From Cycas panzhihuaensis (taxonomy: Eukaryota; Plantae; Cycadophyta): 64,000 bases of DNA. The position numbers and the translations under genes are program-made. A model generated the notes under the pieces. It was given only the letters and a program-made list of their open reading frames with translations, was not told the DNA's origin and did not search any database. The stretch spans positions 218,495,741 through 218,559,740 of the forward strand of contig CM041465.1 of assembly GCA_023213395.1 (NCBI GenBank). The letters run 5' to 3'. Shown here piece by piece: positions 11,598-24,900 of the stretch; the stretch's first letter is position 1, and each line of letters starts with the position of its first letter.

Positions 11598-14500
11598 ATA
11601 GCCTTAAACATAAGTAATATAATGGTACCTAAATTTAATGGTATTAATTTTTTAAATTGGAGTCAAAGAATGAAACCTATCTTTATGTCAAAAAATATGT
11701 GGGACTTGATTAAAATAGGTTATCAAGCACTTAATGCTAAAGCTACTGAAGACTAAAAGAAGACCTATAAGGGGGATGAAAAGTGAGATAATGAGGCCTT
11801 AACATTCATCTTTTATGCATTAGAGGATCACATTTTTTCAAGGGTTATTGAGGCAACTATATCAAAGGAGGTATGAGACACTTTGAAGACCACCTACAGA
11901 AGAGTTGTTGCATTAAAACTCTAAACATTAAGAAGTAAATTTGAAATTTATAGAATAAATAATAATAAAGGAGTAAATGACTTCATAACTAAAATACAAG
12001 GCTTAGTCAATTAAATAAGGGAATTAGGGGAAGTCATTAATGAGAAAAATATTGTAGAGAAGATTTTAAGATATGTTAGTGATATTAAAAGGTTTGAAAT
12101 GATTACAACAAATATTGAGGTTTCCAAAACCTAACTACCCTTAAAATTAATCAATTAAGTGCAATGTTACTTGATATTGAATAGAAAAAGGGGAGTACTA
12201 AATTTCTATAACATGCATTTACCACTAAGGTAAAGATTATGCCTATCTTTCAAGGCCAAAGTTTAAGGGGAAGAGAATAATCTCCTAAAAGAAGAGGATA
12301 AAACCTTAGAAATCAAAATTAATTTCATCAAAGAAAAGGTCAAGCTAATCAAGGGCAAGGATAATATCATTAAGGTCAAAGTCATTTTTATCAAGGTCAA
12401 AATCAATTTCAAGTTCAAGGACAAAGATATTACTTTCAAAACTAATTTAATCAAGGCTAAGGATAAAATTTTGGACCTCAAGGAAGAGGTAGAGGACAAA
12501 GTCTAAGAAGTAAGAACCACAGACAAAAAAGAAAAAAAAGTCTTAAAGGTAGAGAAACAATGTAATGTTCCTATTACCATAGAAGTAGACACTTAGAAGA
12601 AAACTATTTTACAAAAAGGTCTAACTTACAAAGAGGAATAACCGATATATCAATTGAAGAAAGGAAAAATAAGAAACTCTTTCTATCAAGTTTGATAGCA
12701 AATGAAAAATAAGATAATTGGTATATTAACTCAGGATGTTCTACCTACATGACACATAAAGAATAATGGTTTAAGGAGTTAGACAACATCAAAAGGAGCA
12801 AAATTATATTTAGAGACAATACCACTCAAGCTACAATTCACAAAGGGAATATGGCCATATAAATATACTTTGGAGAAATAAGATGTATCAATGATGTACT
12901 CCATATCCCTACACTTAAGAAAAACTTGTTATTAGTAGGATAAATGATGAAGAAAAAATATAAGATTATCTTTAATAATGGTAAGTACATCATTAAAGAC
13001 AAACTAAGGAATAAAGCAATAGTTGCTAAGGGCTAAATGATTAGTGATAGATTATTTAAACTAGTTATTATCCCAATTGATTATTATGTTTTGAAGGCAT
13101 AAACTAATATAGATAGTGAAACTTAGCATAAAAGACTTAGCCATATGAACTATAATAATTTGACATTAATGAAGAAGGCAAAAATAGTGATAGGTCAACC
13201 TAATATTAAACATAGTAAGAAAGTGTATGAAAAGTTTATACTAGGCAAACAATAAAGGTAAGGATTCCCTAATGAGAGCTATAAGGCAAATGAGCCTCTT
13301 TAGCTAGTATATATGAATCTATATGGACCAATGGATGTGCCTTCACTTAGAAAAGCTAAGTATCTCATAACATTCATTGATGATTTTATAAGAATGACTT
13401 AGGTTTACTTTCTCAAGTATAATTCAAATGCACTCCAATGCTTTATTGACTTCAAAAATATGATTAAAAAATAAAGTGGATATAAAATATTAACTCTAAG
13501 ATCAAAAAAAATGGGAGAATTTATTTCAAATAAATTCAAAGATTATTATAGATATTTTGGGATAAAGAAACAACTTACAAATGCCTACATATCTTAACAA
13601 AATACACTTGTAGAAAGGAAGAACAAGATAATTATTGAAATGGGTAAAAGTATACTTAAGGATAAACATCTTAGTAATGAATATTGTATAAAAGTTATAC
13701 ATATAGCTATTTATTTATTGAATAAATGTATAGCCAAAGTAATGAAATGGGTTACACATAAAGAAGCTTAGATAGGTTACAAACTAACTATTAAACACTT
13801 AAGAGTTTTTTTCATATATAGCTTATACACATGTTCTAGAATAAAGAAGGATAAATTTGAATAACAAAAGCACTAAGTATATATTTATAAGATGTAGTGA
13901 CTCATTTAGATCTTGTAAACTATATGATCCAAAATATAAAAGGATTATTATGAGTAGAAATATCATCTTCAAAGAAGATGAATTCTATCTAGAAGAATTT
14001 ATTGAAAAGCACAAAATAAGAACATTATGATTGAAGTAGACTCTAACTCAAATGGTACAAATGTATCTAGTGCAAGTGAATTAGGACCATCTACTTTAAG
14101 TTAAAGGGTTCCAAAATGGGTACAAAGAGCACATAGCCCTCAAAACATCTTAGACAATAACTTTGATAAAAGAACAATAAGATCTCAAAGGATAAACTTT
14201 GTACTTATGACTCAAGTTATAGAGTTAAATAAGCCTCAAAACTTTAAAGAGACAAGCAATCAAGATGAATGGAAGAATGTAATGAAAGAAAAGTATAATA
14301 CCTTAGTGAAAAATAACATATATGAGTTAGTAGATTTGCCACCTAGAAAGAATGCTATGGGACAAAATGGGTATATAAGGCTAAGTACAAATTAGATGGG
14401 TCTATTAACAAATACAAGGCAAGATTAGTTGTAAAGGGTTATGATCAAATTAAAGGCATATCTTATAATGAAACATTTATACCTATTACAAGGTTGGAAA

Positions 14501-15750
14501 TATTTAGATTAATCATGGCCTTAGCTACATAATAAGGTTGGATAGTCTATCAAATGGATGTAAAAAATACCTTTTTGAATGGCTATATAGGTGAGAAGAT
14601 CTATGTTTAATAACCTAAGGGTTTTAAAGTAAGAGAAAAAGAAGATAAGGTCTATAAATTTAAAAAGGCCTTGTATGGAATTAAGCAAGTACCTAGAGCA
14701 TGGTACTCTAGGATTGACAAATATTTTAAGGATAAAAGATTTCTAAGAAGCTAATTAGATCCTAATTTATATATATAATTGGAAGGAAGATTAATACTAA
14801 TTATAGGCTTATATGTAGATGACCTTGTATATACTAAGAATTATGATAACCTATCCCAAAAGTTTAAGGAAGATATATGTAAAGAGTTTAAAATAATAAA
14901 CTTGGGACTTATACACTACGTTTTAGGCATTGAAGTATAGCAAGATGAAAAGGGAATATTTATATCTCAAAGGAAATACATAATGGATATATTGCACAAA
15001 TTTAACATGGTTAGTTACATGCCACTTATAACACTAATAAAGGTTAGCTTAAAATTATCTAAGTTTAAGGAATTTAAATCAGTTAATCCTACACTTTATA
15101 GGCAATTGATTTGGAGCTTAATTTACTTGACTTTGACTTGACCATATATTATATATGCAATCAGTATGATTTCTAGATTTATACATGAGTCTAAGTTAAA
15201 ACATTATTAAGCATCTAAAAGGATTCTCAAGTATCTTAGAGGTACTATTGGGTATGGTTTACATTATAGGTCATTAAGGGAATATAAGTTGATTAGTTAT
15301 ACAAACTCAGACTAGGTTGGTTGTATAGATGATAGGAAATCTACTTTAGATTATGCGTTAGTTTGTATTTAGTAGTAGTAGCATGGAGTTCAAAGAAGCA
15401 AACAATATTATCTATTTCTGCTATAGAAGCAAGGTATAAAGTACCTGTAGTAAGAGCTTATGAGACAGTTTAGCTTAGAAGATTACTTCAAGATTTATAA
15501 GAAAAACTAGTCCTACATAGTTATTTTATGATAATTTAATCACAATTCATATGACAAGGAATATAGTGTTTTATGGCAGGACAAAGCACATTAAAATAAA
15601 ATATCACTTTATTAGAGATTTAGTATTATAAGGTGAATTAGAATTAATTTATTATAGTGCTGAAGAATAGGTGGCAAGTATTTTCACAAAGGTACTTAGT
15701 AAAATAAAGTTGATTAAATTTAGAGAAAAACTTGGAGTCTCCCCAAATGG
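11598..15750 (+). pseudogene. gag-pol: Copia B gag-pol polyprotein, many stops and frameshifts
   Basis: VPKFNGINFLNWSQRM (gag); WYINSGCSTYMT (PR, ~12718); HKRLSHMN (IN, ~13127); QMDVKNTFLNG (~14551); GLYVDDL (RT, ~14805); RTKHIKIKYHFIRD (RH, ~15578). Confidence 0.93.
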
Positions 15751-15767
15751 GCATAATGGGAGAGAAA

Positions 15768-16060
15768 TATTAAAATAATACCTATATTGGGGTGATTACC
15801 CCCCTTGGGGGAATTACCCACATTGGGGTAATAACCCATAACATGGGAAATATTGTGGAAAACTTTGTTAGATATTTATCAATGCTAGGTGGCATTAGAC
15901 CTTAAGAGGTGTATCAAATCTTCTTAGTCTCACCTATTTATTTAGGGGGTCTAAAGATCCTAATGTTTAGTAACACCACCATCCTTATGGATTAATGGTT
16001 GTGCCTTCTTATTTGCATTTTATTTCTCTTATATATTCTCCTTGTCCTCTAATGCCATCA
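15768..16060 (+). repeat. 3' LTR of Copia B
   Basis: Follows PPT, ends CCATCA, followed by TSD TTTAT. Confidence 0.92.
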
Positions 16061-16065
16061 TTTAT

Positions 16066-16931
16066 GTTCTTTAAAGGCAAGTTTCTCCTTATTTATTACT
16101 ATTCATCCCAGAATAAAGCTCTAAAATGACTTTGCCTTGATTTTTTCACCTATTAGATTATACATAGATGTAAAGATTATAGAAAAAGAAACCCAAATTC
16201 AAAAAGGAATAACTAAAAATGGTTACTAGATGGTTAAGTTTTAATCAATGGAAGTTGAGTATCACCATCTCATATAACTCTAAAAATTTTCCTTAGGTGA
16301 TTTCAGAGATTAAATGCTTAATCATTTTAATATCAAACTATGTCGTATAATCACTTGTTTTGATAATGAATAAGCATAGATCATCATGGAATAGATGGCA
16401 TTCGATTCAAACTTCCTAACAAAAAAGATATCATAGTTTCACCATTGAGGGATATAAAATTTTGGTGAAAAGCTTAAAAAATCTAACCCATTCCCTTGTA
16501 CTATGATAAACTTGATGGTCTAATATCACTTGTTATAAACCCAACCAATTTTTATAATATATCTATATATGATGATATATAAATAATTAGAAAATAATAT
16601 TAAATAATAGTAAAATAGTATATAAAAATAGTTAAAAGATTTAAAAGTTGGTCTTCTTTATGGTAAGGGATCCTCTTAAAATTCACTACTACATGTGGTT
16701 ACCTCCAAATGTTAAAGCTTCAAGAAATATTCCACCATAATGATCTCTTAAATTGAACCTCTAACCTTTTAATATTTCATGAATGACCACTTTCAATGGA
16801 TATGTCACTTCATAGAGGGACTATATCTATTAACTTTATACCACTTCCAACATATATGTCAGTTTAGAGGGGATGCATCCCTTAGCTTTATAACAAAATA
16901 GATAGATAGCCAATCCCTTGGCTTCGTAACA
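16066..16931 (-). mobile_element. Upstream part of Gypsy A: leader, degenerate PBS (16517-16528) and probable 5' LTR (~16531-16931)
   Basis: GGTCTAATATCA is a 9/12 match to the reverse complement of TGGTATCAGAGC; followed by TGTTATAAACCCAACC...GTAACA, resembling the LTR end of Gypsy E; no partner LTR in the window. Confidence 0.6.
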
Positions 16932-18189
16932 TGTTACTAAACTTTCTATTATTATTCATGGTTTTTAAGATTATTAGTCAATTGTTTGAGTTGGCAATCA
17001 TATGTTTAAGCTTATTCTTCATTGTTGTTTTTTATTATTCACTAATATTTCTATTGATAACTTTTATTGAATCATCACTTATATTTTTTTGGAGATTATC
17101 ACAAGTATAGGGATTGTATTGCCTATTTTTTTGTGGTTTTTATAATTATTTTAGAGCTTTAAAATTTATTATTTCTATTGATAGAGAGGTTTTTTATTAA
17201 CCCGTGTCTATCAAAAGTATATTGTTCTTATTATTTTCTTTCTAACATATTTGGGAGGATAGGAGAATATGCATACTTAAAAATAAATGAAAATCAATAC
17301 ATAAGGACTTAAATAGAGTGATTTTAGGTAAGTAAAGCTTCAAAATATTTTTGTTTTTGCTTTCTTCCTTTCCTACCTATTTGATTATTTTTTAATTATA
17401 TTTTCATCATCATTTAAGTTAAGTAAATCCTCTCCTAGAGTATTAGAATTAAAGTGGCCTCCTCGACTCTCTAGGATGTAAATTGTTTAAATTTTACTCT
17501 TGAGTCTTCTTAGGATTTGTCCTCAAATTCCCTTTAGGGGAGATCTAAGATTTCAAAATTTTCTTTTGATTTTTTTCTTTCTCTATTTAAAAGAAAAAGG
17601 AGCATTCCTTTCAATAATAGATTAGAGTTAATTATAAGTGCAAAAAGAGTCCCTATTACCCCTTGTTTTTTATCATCCAAATAAGGCTTAAATAGAATAT
17701 GATTATGATAAAGAAACTAACTAAACCTAGGAAATTATGGTAGCAATACAAAGGTATGGATGAAGTTTTGAATAAATGAGTATGAGGTAAAGGCCAAGTT
17801 CAAGCAAAAATGGTTGTGTAAGAAGGCACAAATACTGAAAGCTACAAAGTAGGGAAAGGAAAGGTGAATGAGTCTTTCCTATAAGTTATGTTCCCACTCA
17901 AAGCTCTCATTTAGTAAGCATTTATTAGGGAAAGAAGTAAGATCATGGGGGGTTATATCATGGGGATATGCCATATAGGAGAAATATACATAGTAAGATA
18001 AAGATTATAAAGACCATTCTCATGAGATGTCACCTCATGAGGAGGCCATTTTCTATAAGTTATTTTCTAGAAATGATCATCTCAATAGGAAATAAGAATG
18101 CAGGAAAGGAAAAGGTGATACATCATTCCTAGAAAGAGAAGCACCCCATGTATAAACTCTTTTCAAATTATATAGCTCTAAGGGACTAT

Positions 18190-18580
18190 TGGGATATGAC
18201 TATACTACTTTTTCTGACATATAGAATGGATAATGAAGGAATAAGCAAGAATTTACAACACTCATATTATCAATGAAAACCAATCATGGAATTGAATATC
18301 ACTAAAGAGCACAAATGTATATTAAAAAAAATTTAAAAAGTACCAAATCTTTTAAGAGAAAATAATTACACAACAACCCTTCCTTTACAATTTATGCCCT
18401 TAAATAGATAAAAGAGGGACTTTTTTCCTATAATTCTATTGGTGGGAAAAATAGCCTTATACTTTATTGGTGGCTTTAATAGCCCATGCATAAAAGTTAA
18501 TGACTAGCACTTAACCTCATAGTGTCTTAACCATGAATGCTAGTGTCTTGGTTCTACTAGTTGTATATGGTCTTGTATTA
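18190..18580 (-). repeat. 3' LTR of Gypsy C
   Basis: Matches 55702-56057 (TGGGATAT, AATGGATAATGAAG, GCCCTTAAATAGATAAAAGA, GTGGCTTTAATAGCCCAT, CTTAACCATGA.TGCTAGTGT). Confidence 0.92.
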
Positions 18581-18594
18581 AGTCCCCTCCCCTA

Positions 18595-21500
18595 AGATAT
18601 TGAGTCCCCAAAGTAAAGGAGATGTAAATGTTTCTTAATAAGTTACTCAACTTATTCACAATCAACCCACTATACCAAATACTTAGTAATTATCCTATTC
18701 TAAAAATAGTATTGTTCACTAGCTAAGATGTGTTTAAGGGGAATAGTGAGAGTTTATTCTTCTTTTAGGATGAGTAACATTGTTTATGGGGTTGTGCCCT
18801 TGATAAGATATTTCTTAAGCTAGGAAACATGTAAGAAATTATGAATCTTGCTATTAGGTGGGAGTTCCAAATCATAGGCTACTTCACCAACATGTTAGAG
18901 GACCTTTAAGGGCCATAATAATGAGGATTAAGCTTATGATCCCTATGATATTTGAGTGATTATTGTTTATAGGGTTGAAGTCATAATAACCCAAGAACAT
19001 TATTATTAAATGAGTGATTTGAACCATGGTGGTTTTCTAATTACTTCATTCAATTATGGGCTATGATTAGATTTTGCTTAAGGGTGTTAAGAATTTGGTC
19101 TGTATATTGTAGTTTTTGTTGTATTATCATAGTACAAAGGTTGGTTACTAGCATATGGTGGGATGATAGTAAGTACCTATAAAAGGGCCATGAATGGTGA
19201 CATCCCTATGGCTGAGTGGTTATAGGAATTATACTAATATTTTACTAGGGCTAGTCATGATAACCACCTAATCTAGTGTTTAGAAGCATAGCAATGTAAG
19301 TAAGTTTCTAGTTTTTTATTAAGAATTTATGATTGGTTGTCTATTTAGGGGTGGTAGATAGAACTCATATTAAACGATATACCTAAGACTTGAAAGAGCT
19401 CTTACCAAAAGGAGCTAATAAATTTTAGATCTCATTTGCATACTATGATTGATAGAAAGATATATAAATAAAATATCATTTGAAGATATATATCTATAAT
19501 GAGTAATGCTTTATATGAAGTGTGGATTGATAAAAAGTACATGTATTTTGTCAAGTGATCAATGACCACTAATATGAAGTCATCCTAATAGATATAGGGA
19601 GACCTATAATAAAGTTCATGGAAATATCTTACAATATCCCTTGCAAAATATGCAATGGTTATAATAGACTTATTAGAGCTTTGGTATCAACTTTATTATG
19701 TTGATATGTGTTGTATTTAAGGGATAAATTTGGAAGCTAAGTATACTAATATGTAGTTTCTATATAAAATGAGATTTTTTTAAATGGTCTAATTCTTTGG
19801 AGTGAGAACTTTATTGGCCCAATCATCATAATCTGGTTGGGACTAGTTTTCCTAAGCCAAGGCTTATATCCATATGGGATGTGGAGTGGAGATGGCATGA
19901 ATGGAGAATTCACGTGAAGGTATGAGAGACAAGTTAGTAGGAAGGCAAGAAAGACCATCTACCACTACATTATCATGGCCTTTCTTATAAGTGATTATGA
20001 AATCAAAAGCTTGGAGGCACTCTCCCTATTTGGCATGTTCCTTAGATAGAATTGGTTGGTCTAATAGGTGACAAACACTATGGTAATCGATTAGGATGAT
20101 GAACTTAGATTCAATGACATATCGTTAACATTTCTTGATGGCATAGAGAATGGCCTTTATTTCCTTTTAGTAGGTAGATAACCTACACTTATGGTCTCTA
20201 AGTTTTCAACTTTCAAAAGCAATGGGATGTAGGTTTTACATAAGGACTACACCCAAGCCAAATCCTAATGCATCACATTCTAGTTGGAATGGTTAAGAGA
20301 AGTCTAGAGTGGCCAAGACCAGGGTAAAGGACATGACTTCTTTAGAATAAATAAAGGTATTATTTGTAGTGGGTGACTATTAGAAAAAATCTTTCTGGAA
20401 TAAATTGGTTAATGATGTCATTAAGGTTACATAACTTTCGACAAATTACCTATAAAATCCTCTGAGTCCTAAAAAGGTATTGAATTAGGTAAGCTTTTTT
20501 ATAGTTAGCTAGTTTATAATAATTACTATCTTATCAAGATTAACCCAAATACCTCCTATGTAGATAATACAGTTAACATATTGAAGTTTAGACTTATAAA
20601 ACACACACTCAGAGAAATTAGCATATAATTAGTGTTTGGTCAAAAAATTTAGAACTATCTCTAAATGGTAAGTGTGAATAACCATGCCTATGCTATAGAT
20701 GAGAATATCATCAAAGAAACGAATAACAACTTTTCTAAGGTAAGACACAAACATTTTATTCATAAGAAATTGAAATATGGTTGAATCATTACATAAGATA
20801 AAAGGCATGACATGAAATTCAAAGTGGTCATGGTGTGTATAGAAGGTAATTTAATGATGGTCTTTAGCTACAATTAGAATTGGATAGTAATCAAATCGGA
20901 GATCCAACTTAGTAAAGATTGTGGTGCTATAGATCTTGTCTAATATATCATCAATTTTAAGGGTGGGAAACTTATTTTTTATGGTTATTTTATTAAGTTT
21001 CTAATAATCAATACACAACCCAAATGCACTATCCTTTTTTGAACTAATACAATAGGTGTAACATAGAGACTTTGGGTCTCTATTTCCATTAGTTCATTGG
21101 TAATATTTTCGATCTCATTCTTTTAAAAGTAGGAATTCCTATAAGGTTGAAGATTGATAGGGTTGTGAAGCTTTTTAGCCTAATGATGTAGTAACACTCA
21201 TGATCTAGTGGGAGGCTAATCGGTAGGGATCAAAATTAACTTGATATTTATTATGTATTAATTATTAGGGTGAATGTTTATTAGGTCTTAGATGTTATTA
21301 ATGCATACAATATAATCTACTTGGCTACTTAATTATTTCCTCATTTGATTTAGGAAAATTAGTTTTTTGGGGGGTTGTATTTCATGAAGTTTGTGGGTTT
21401 GTCCCATCTAGTCCTTAAATAAAATAAATAGATTGGTAGGAAGCTTATTTATGTTGTATGTTCCTAATGTTTAGATCCATTAGACTCTAAGAATAGTGTT

Positions 21501-21910
21501 TATTCTTCTAATAGGTAGGGTATAAAAATTAGAGATTAATCTATAAGTACTAATTTGGATAGTGAGGTTCATGATTATTCTACTATAATGAAGTTTATAA
21601 TGCTTAGTTAGGGAACATGTGAATCTAATTTTTGGGATAATTCAAAGATTTAATTACCTAACCAAGGAAATATTTATGAAGTTTTATGATGTGCCACCAT
21701 CAATCAAAATAGTACTTGTTGTTTTCTTCAATATTCCTTTAATGCATGGTGGTTTGGGGCATGAATAAGATACTACTATAGATAAAGAGACTTCTGGTTT
21801 TGACATTGAGGGGGATTCTAAATAGGGTTCTTCATTAAATTTAGGTTTAGAATTAGAGTTGACTTCCATAAATAGGCTAGGATCTATTATGAAAACCATG
21901 TTCTTAGTTA
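18595..21910 (-). pseudogene. pol: Gypsy C pol: protease, RT, RNase H, integrase, chromodomain
   Basis: LIDGGTS (PR, ~21690); RT region ~20450-21150; LQAFDFIITYKKGHDNVVVDGLS (end of RH, ~19950-20020); LL*PLHI...DISMNFIIGLP (IN, ~19600-19670); PHYYGP (~18910); RNRIITKYLV chromodomain (~18670-18710). Confidence 0.9.
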
Positions 21911-24900
21911 TAGAAGAATTAATGATTATTTCATTAATTCATTAATTGACCTTTTGTATCACTAATATAATGTTATAAATATTTTATGATGAGGGCTTCA
22001 TTCATGTAAATGGGTTTAGTCACAACTTAATATTATGAACCTAGTTGTGTGGGGTTATTTTTTTGTCCTTATTTATTATATTGTAAGTTAATATAATCAT
22101 GCAAGGTGCCAATTATCACCTTGCATGATCCTATGATTTACATTCCCTTTACATTTTGTAATAGCCTCTTTTTATTTTATGTATGTGGCTTTAATGTAAT
22201 CTTTTTTTATATTATGTACTTTTGATTTATGAGATGAGTTAATGAATATAAGTATTACATTGGAGCATTAGAGATTAATTCATGTGCTTACCTTTTATAC
22301 TAATTTTTTTGGTTGAATATGTGAATCTTTTAAGGATGTTATGAGTCTTAAACTTGGGTTGTAAACTAGGCAGACATCCATCCTCTTTCACTTAGTATTA
22401 GGGCTATATCTCTGCCAACTATCTTGATTAATTTTCTAGCTAGTTTCTTACATAATCCACCTCTTTGGTGTAACTCTTATTAATGGTTGTATTATGATGT
22501 ATTCTTTGATTTATTAATCAAATCAAAGCTAAAAACTATTGAGTGTATAACAAGCTATTATGAAAAATCAATCTCATTTTGAATACTTTAATGGCTTATT
22601 AAACTCATCTACTAGTTATTAAATAAACAACTTTACTTTAGCTCTCTTTGTATAGTTGGTTTTCTGGTTGTATTAAAATCTATGTATATGACTCATTTTG
22701 AATTGTAAGGTGAGTGTTAAATACTAGGTGACCTCTATTTGAGATGTATTTACACCCATATTAATCAAGCAACCTATGTTTGATCCTTTTTTCGATCCAT
22801 ACATGATTGTGAATACTTATATAGATTTCATTTAGCACTATGACCCTGTGTAGCTTGTTTTAGGCCATGTTTATCTCCATGGTCCTTTATGTATCCCTAC
22901 ATTGGGGTTATGCAACCTCTTATTGCAAGTTTTTGATAGATATATACATTAGCATGATTTGCTTGTAGGGTATTGACCCTTTGTTTAAAATCTGTGGCCC
23001 ATGCATCATAGTTACTAATGTATGTAGCTCATTACTAGGCTATGTGGCCTTTATTTGCAACTGTGTTGGTATTTTAAATCTCTGCATGGTTTGTGTGGCC
23101 CTTTGTTTACCTTTATCTAGCCTACATGGCCCTTTGTAAGCTTTCAACCACCTTACATACATTGTCCATGCCCTGTGTTGACCTTTTTAAGTTCGGCTTA
23201 CTCCCTATGTGGCTTCATTTTGATATCTAGGCAATGCTTATATGCTTGTTCAACCTTTCACAGCCCTGCATGATTGATATTCTCTACTTAACAATCCTTT
23301 ATGGATTTTTTTTATTTAGCTTAGATTCATACTGATCTAAAGTTATTTTAAGTTGATTTTGGCTTAAAATAGTGGTAATTATAAAAGAATTTATGCTCCA
23401 ATTCATCACATTTATAATGACATAAGGACTAAGAGACTTTTGTTGCTTTCATCACATTCTTCCACACAATTAGATGGATAAAAGTATGGCATGTGACCAT
23501 TCAATATGATCCTACTGAGTTTATTTTGTAGTGGAGAAGATAGATCGAGATTTTATTACCTCTGTAGAGAGAATTTACCTCCTGTATCCACTCTGCTACT
23601 TTTTTTTTTAATTCTTATCACCCAAATTTGATTTTTATAAAGTTTTAAAAACTTTAGGTTATGTAAATTAGAATATCCTTAGAATATTTTATTTTTAATA
23701 TATTTCAAAACTAAAGTTTCCTTTTTAATTATTTTTTAAGCATTTTGAAGGCTTTTCAAAATATATTTTAAGCAATTTTTTAATTTTTTAAATGTTTTTT
23801 TTCTATTTTTCTACTTAAAACATTAAAATGATTCTATTAATTAATAATTTTTTTTAATTAATCAAAAACATGAAAAAGATTAAAACCAAAAGAACCACCC
23901 AATTACCAGCCTTGCAAGGGAAACGATTAGGACCCCTAAGGTTACCACTATGTATATATTATCAATCCTTCTTACATTCTATGGATATTAGAGAGGCCCT
24001 TTAGCTATCAAGTGTAATCAATAGTAAGTTGAGGTATTATACCTAAATCCTTAAAGTTTGGAGACTAGGCTAGACCTAGAGGGGGATGAGTGCCTTAGTT
24101 GTAAGTGTGCCCTTAGATGAGGATCTATTGTTTAGGTTGTAAGTCTAGTTTAGGTGGGTCAATTGTGCCAGGGGGGAAGTTGAGCCTTTTATAATTCTTG
24201 TGCACCTTTAAGTATATTATAGGTATATTAGGTCCTTAATCTACCACTTATAAGTAGGTATGCCAACATATAGGACCATCTTAACTACCAAGGTTTATTT
24301 AGAAGTGGAGGTATTGAGACTTAAATTCTAGTTTAGATCACCTTTTTTAGGGAAATAGGATACATATTAGACACTATGGTACTTTAGATGATTATAACTA
24401 ATACCATCAAACCATCTAGAGTGATAACTTCTTGGCTTAGAAGAAATAAGTCAAGAATATCCTAATCATAAATAAACTTTGGCCTTATATTTCTAGAAAA
24501 ATTCCTAAGCCAATTCCTACTCAAGATCCTAATGATTTTGATAACCTTACTCCACTTGATCTTAATGAAGTAGCTACCATTACTAAGTTTGATGAATTTA
24601 CCCTTTCTTTTCTTCACATATCTTATGAGGATAATATTGACCAGAATATAAAACTTGTTCTTACCTCTACAAAAGTTTGGAACATCATCTATGCATTCTA
24701 TGAGAGGAAGGACAATGGCAGGAAGTGATGCTCAACGCCTAAATTTTCTCTATTTTATTTGTAGGATCCATAGTAGATCACTTGTCCCAAATTAAAGTGA
24801 TTATAAACTAATTGCTAATTATAGGCTAACCACCATAGGATAGTGAGTGATCTTATATCCTTTATTATTAATGTTTTACCACCTAGTTATAAAACCCTCA

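Larger units (their letters stand above)
8694..16060 (+). mobile_element. Full-length decayed Ty1/Copia LTR retrotransposon (Copia B) inserted in Gypsy A
   Basis: LTR pair 8694-8987 / 15768-16060; TSD TTTAT at 8689-8693 and 16061-16065; degenerate PBS TGGGATCAAAAC at 8990-9001; PPT GGGAGAGAAA at 15758-15767; domain order gag-PR-IN-RT-RH. Confidence 0.95.

Noticed and set aside
12263-12499. Minus-strand Leu-rich ORF as a possible antisense or env-like gene
   Set aside because: It is the reverse complement of the CAAGGTCAA (Gln-Gly) repeats of Copia B gag.
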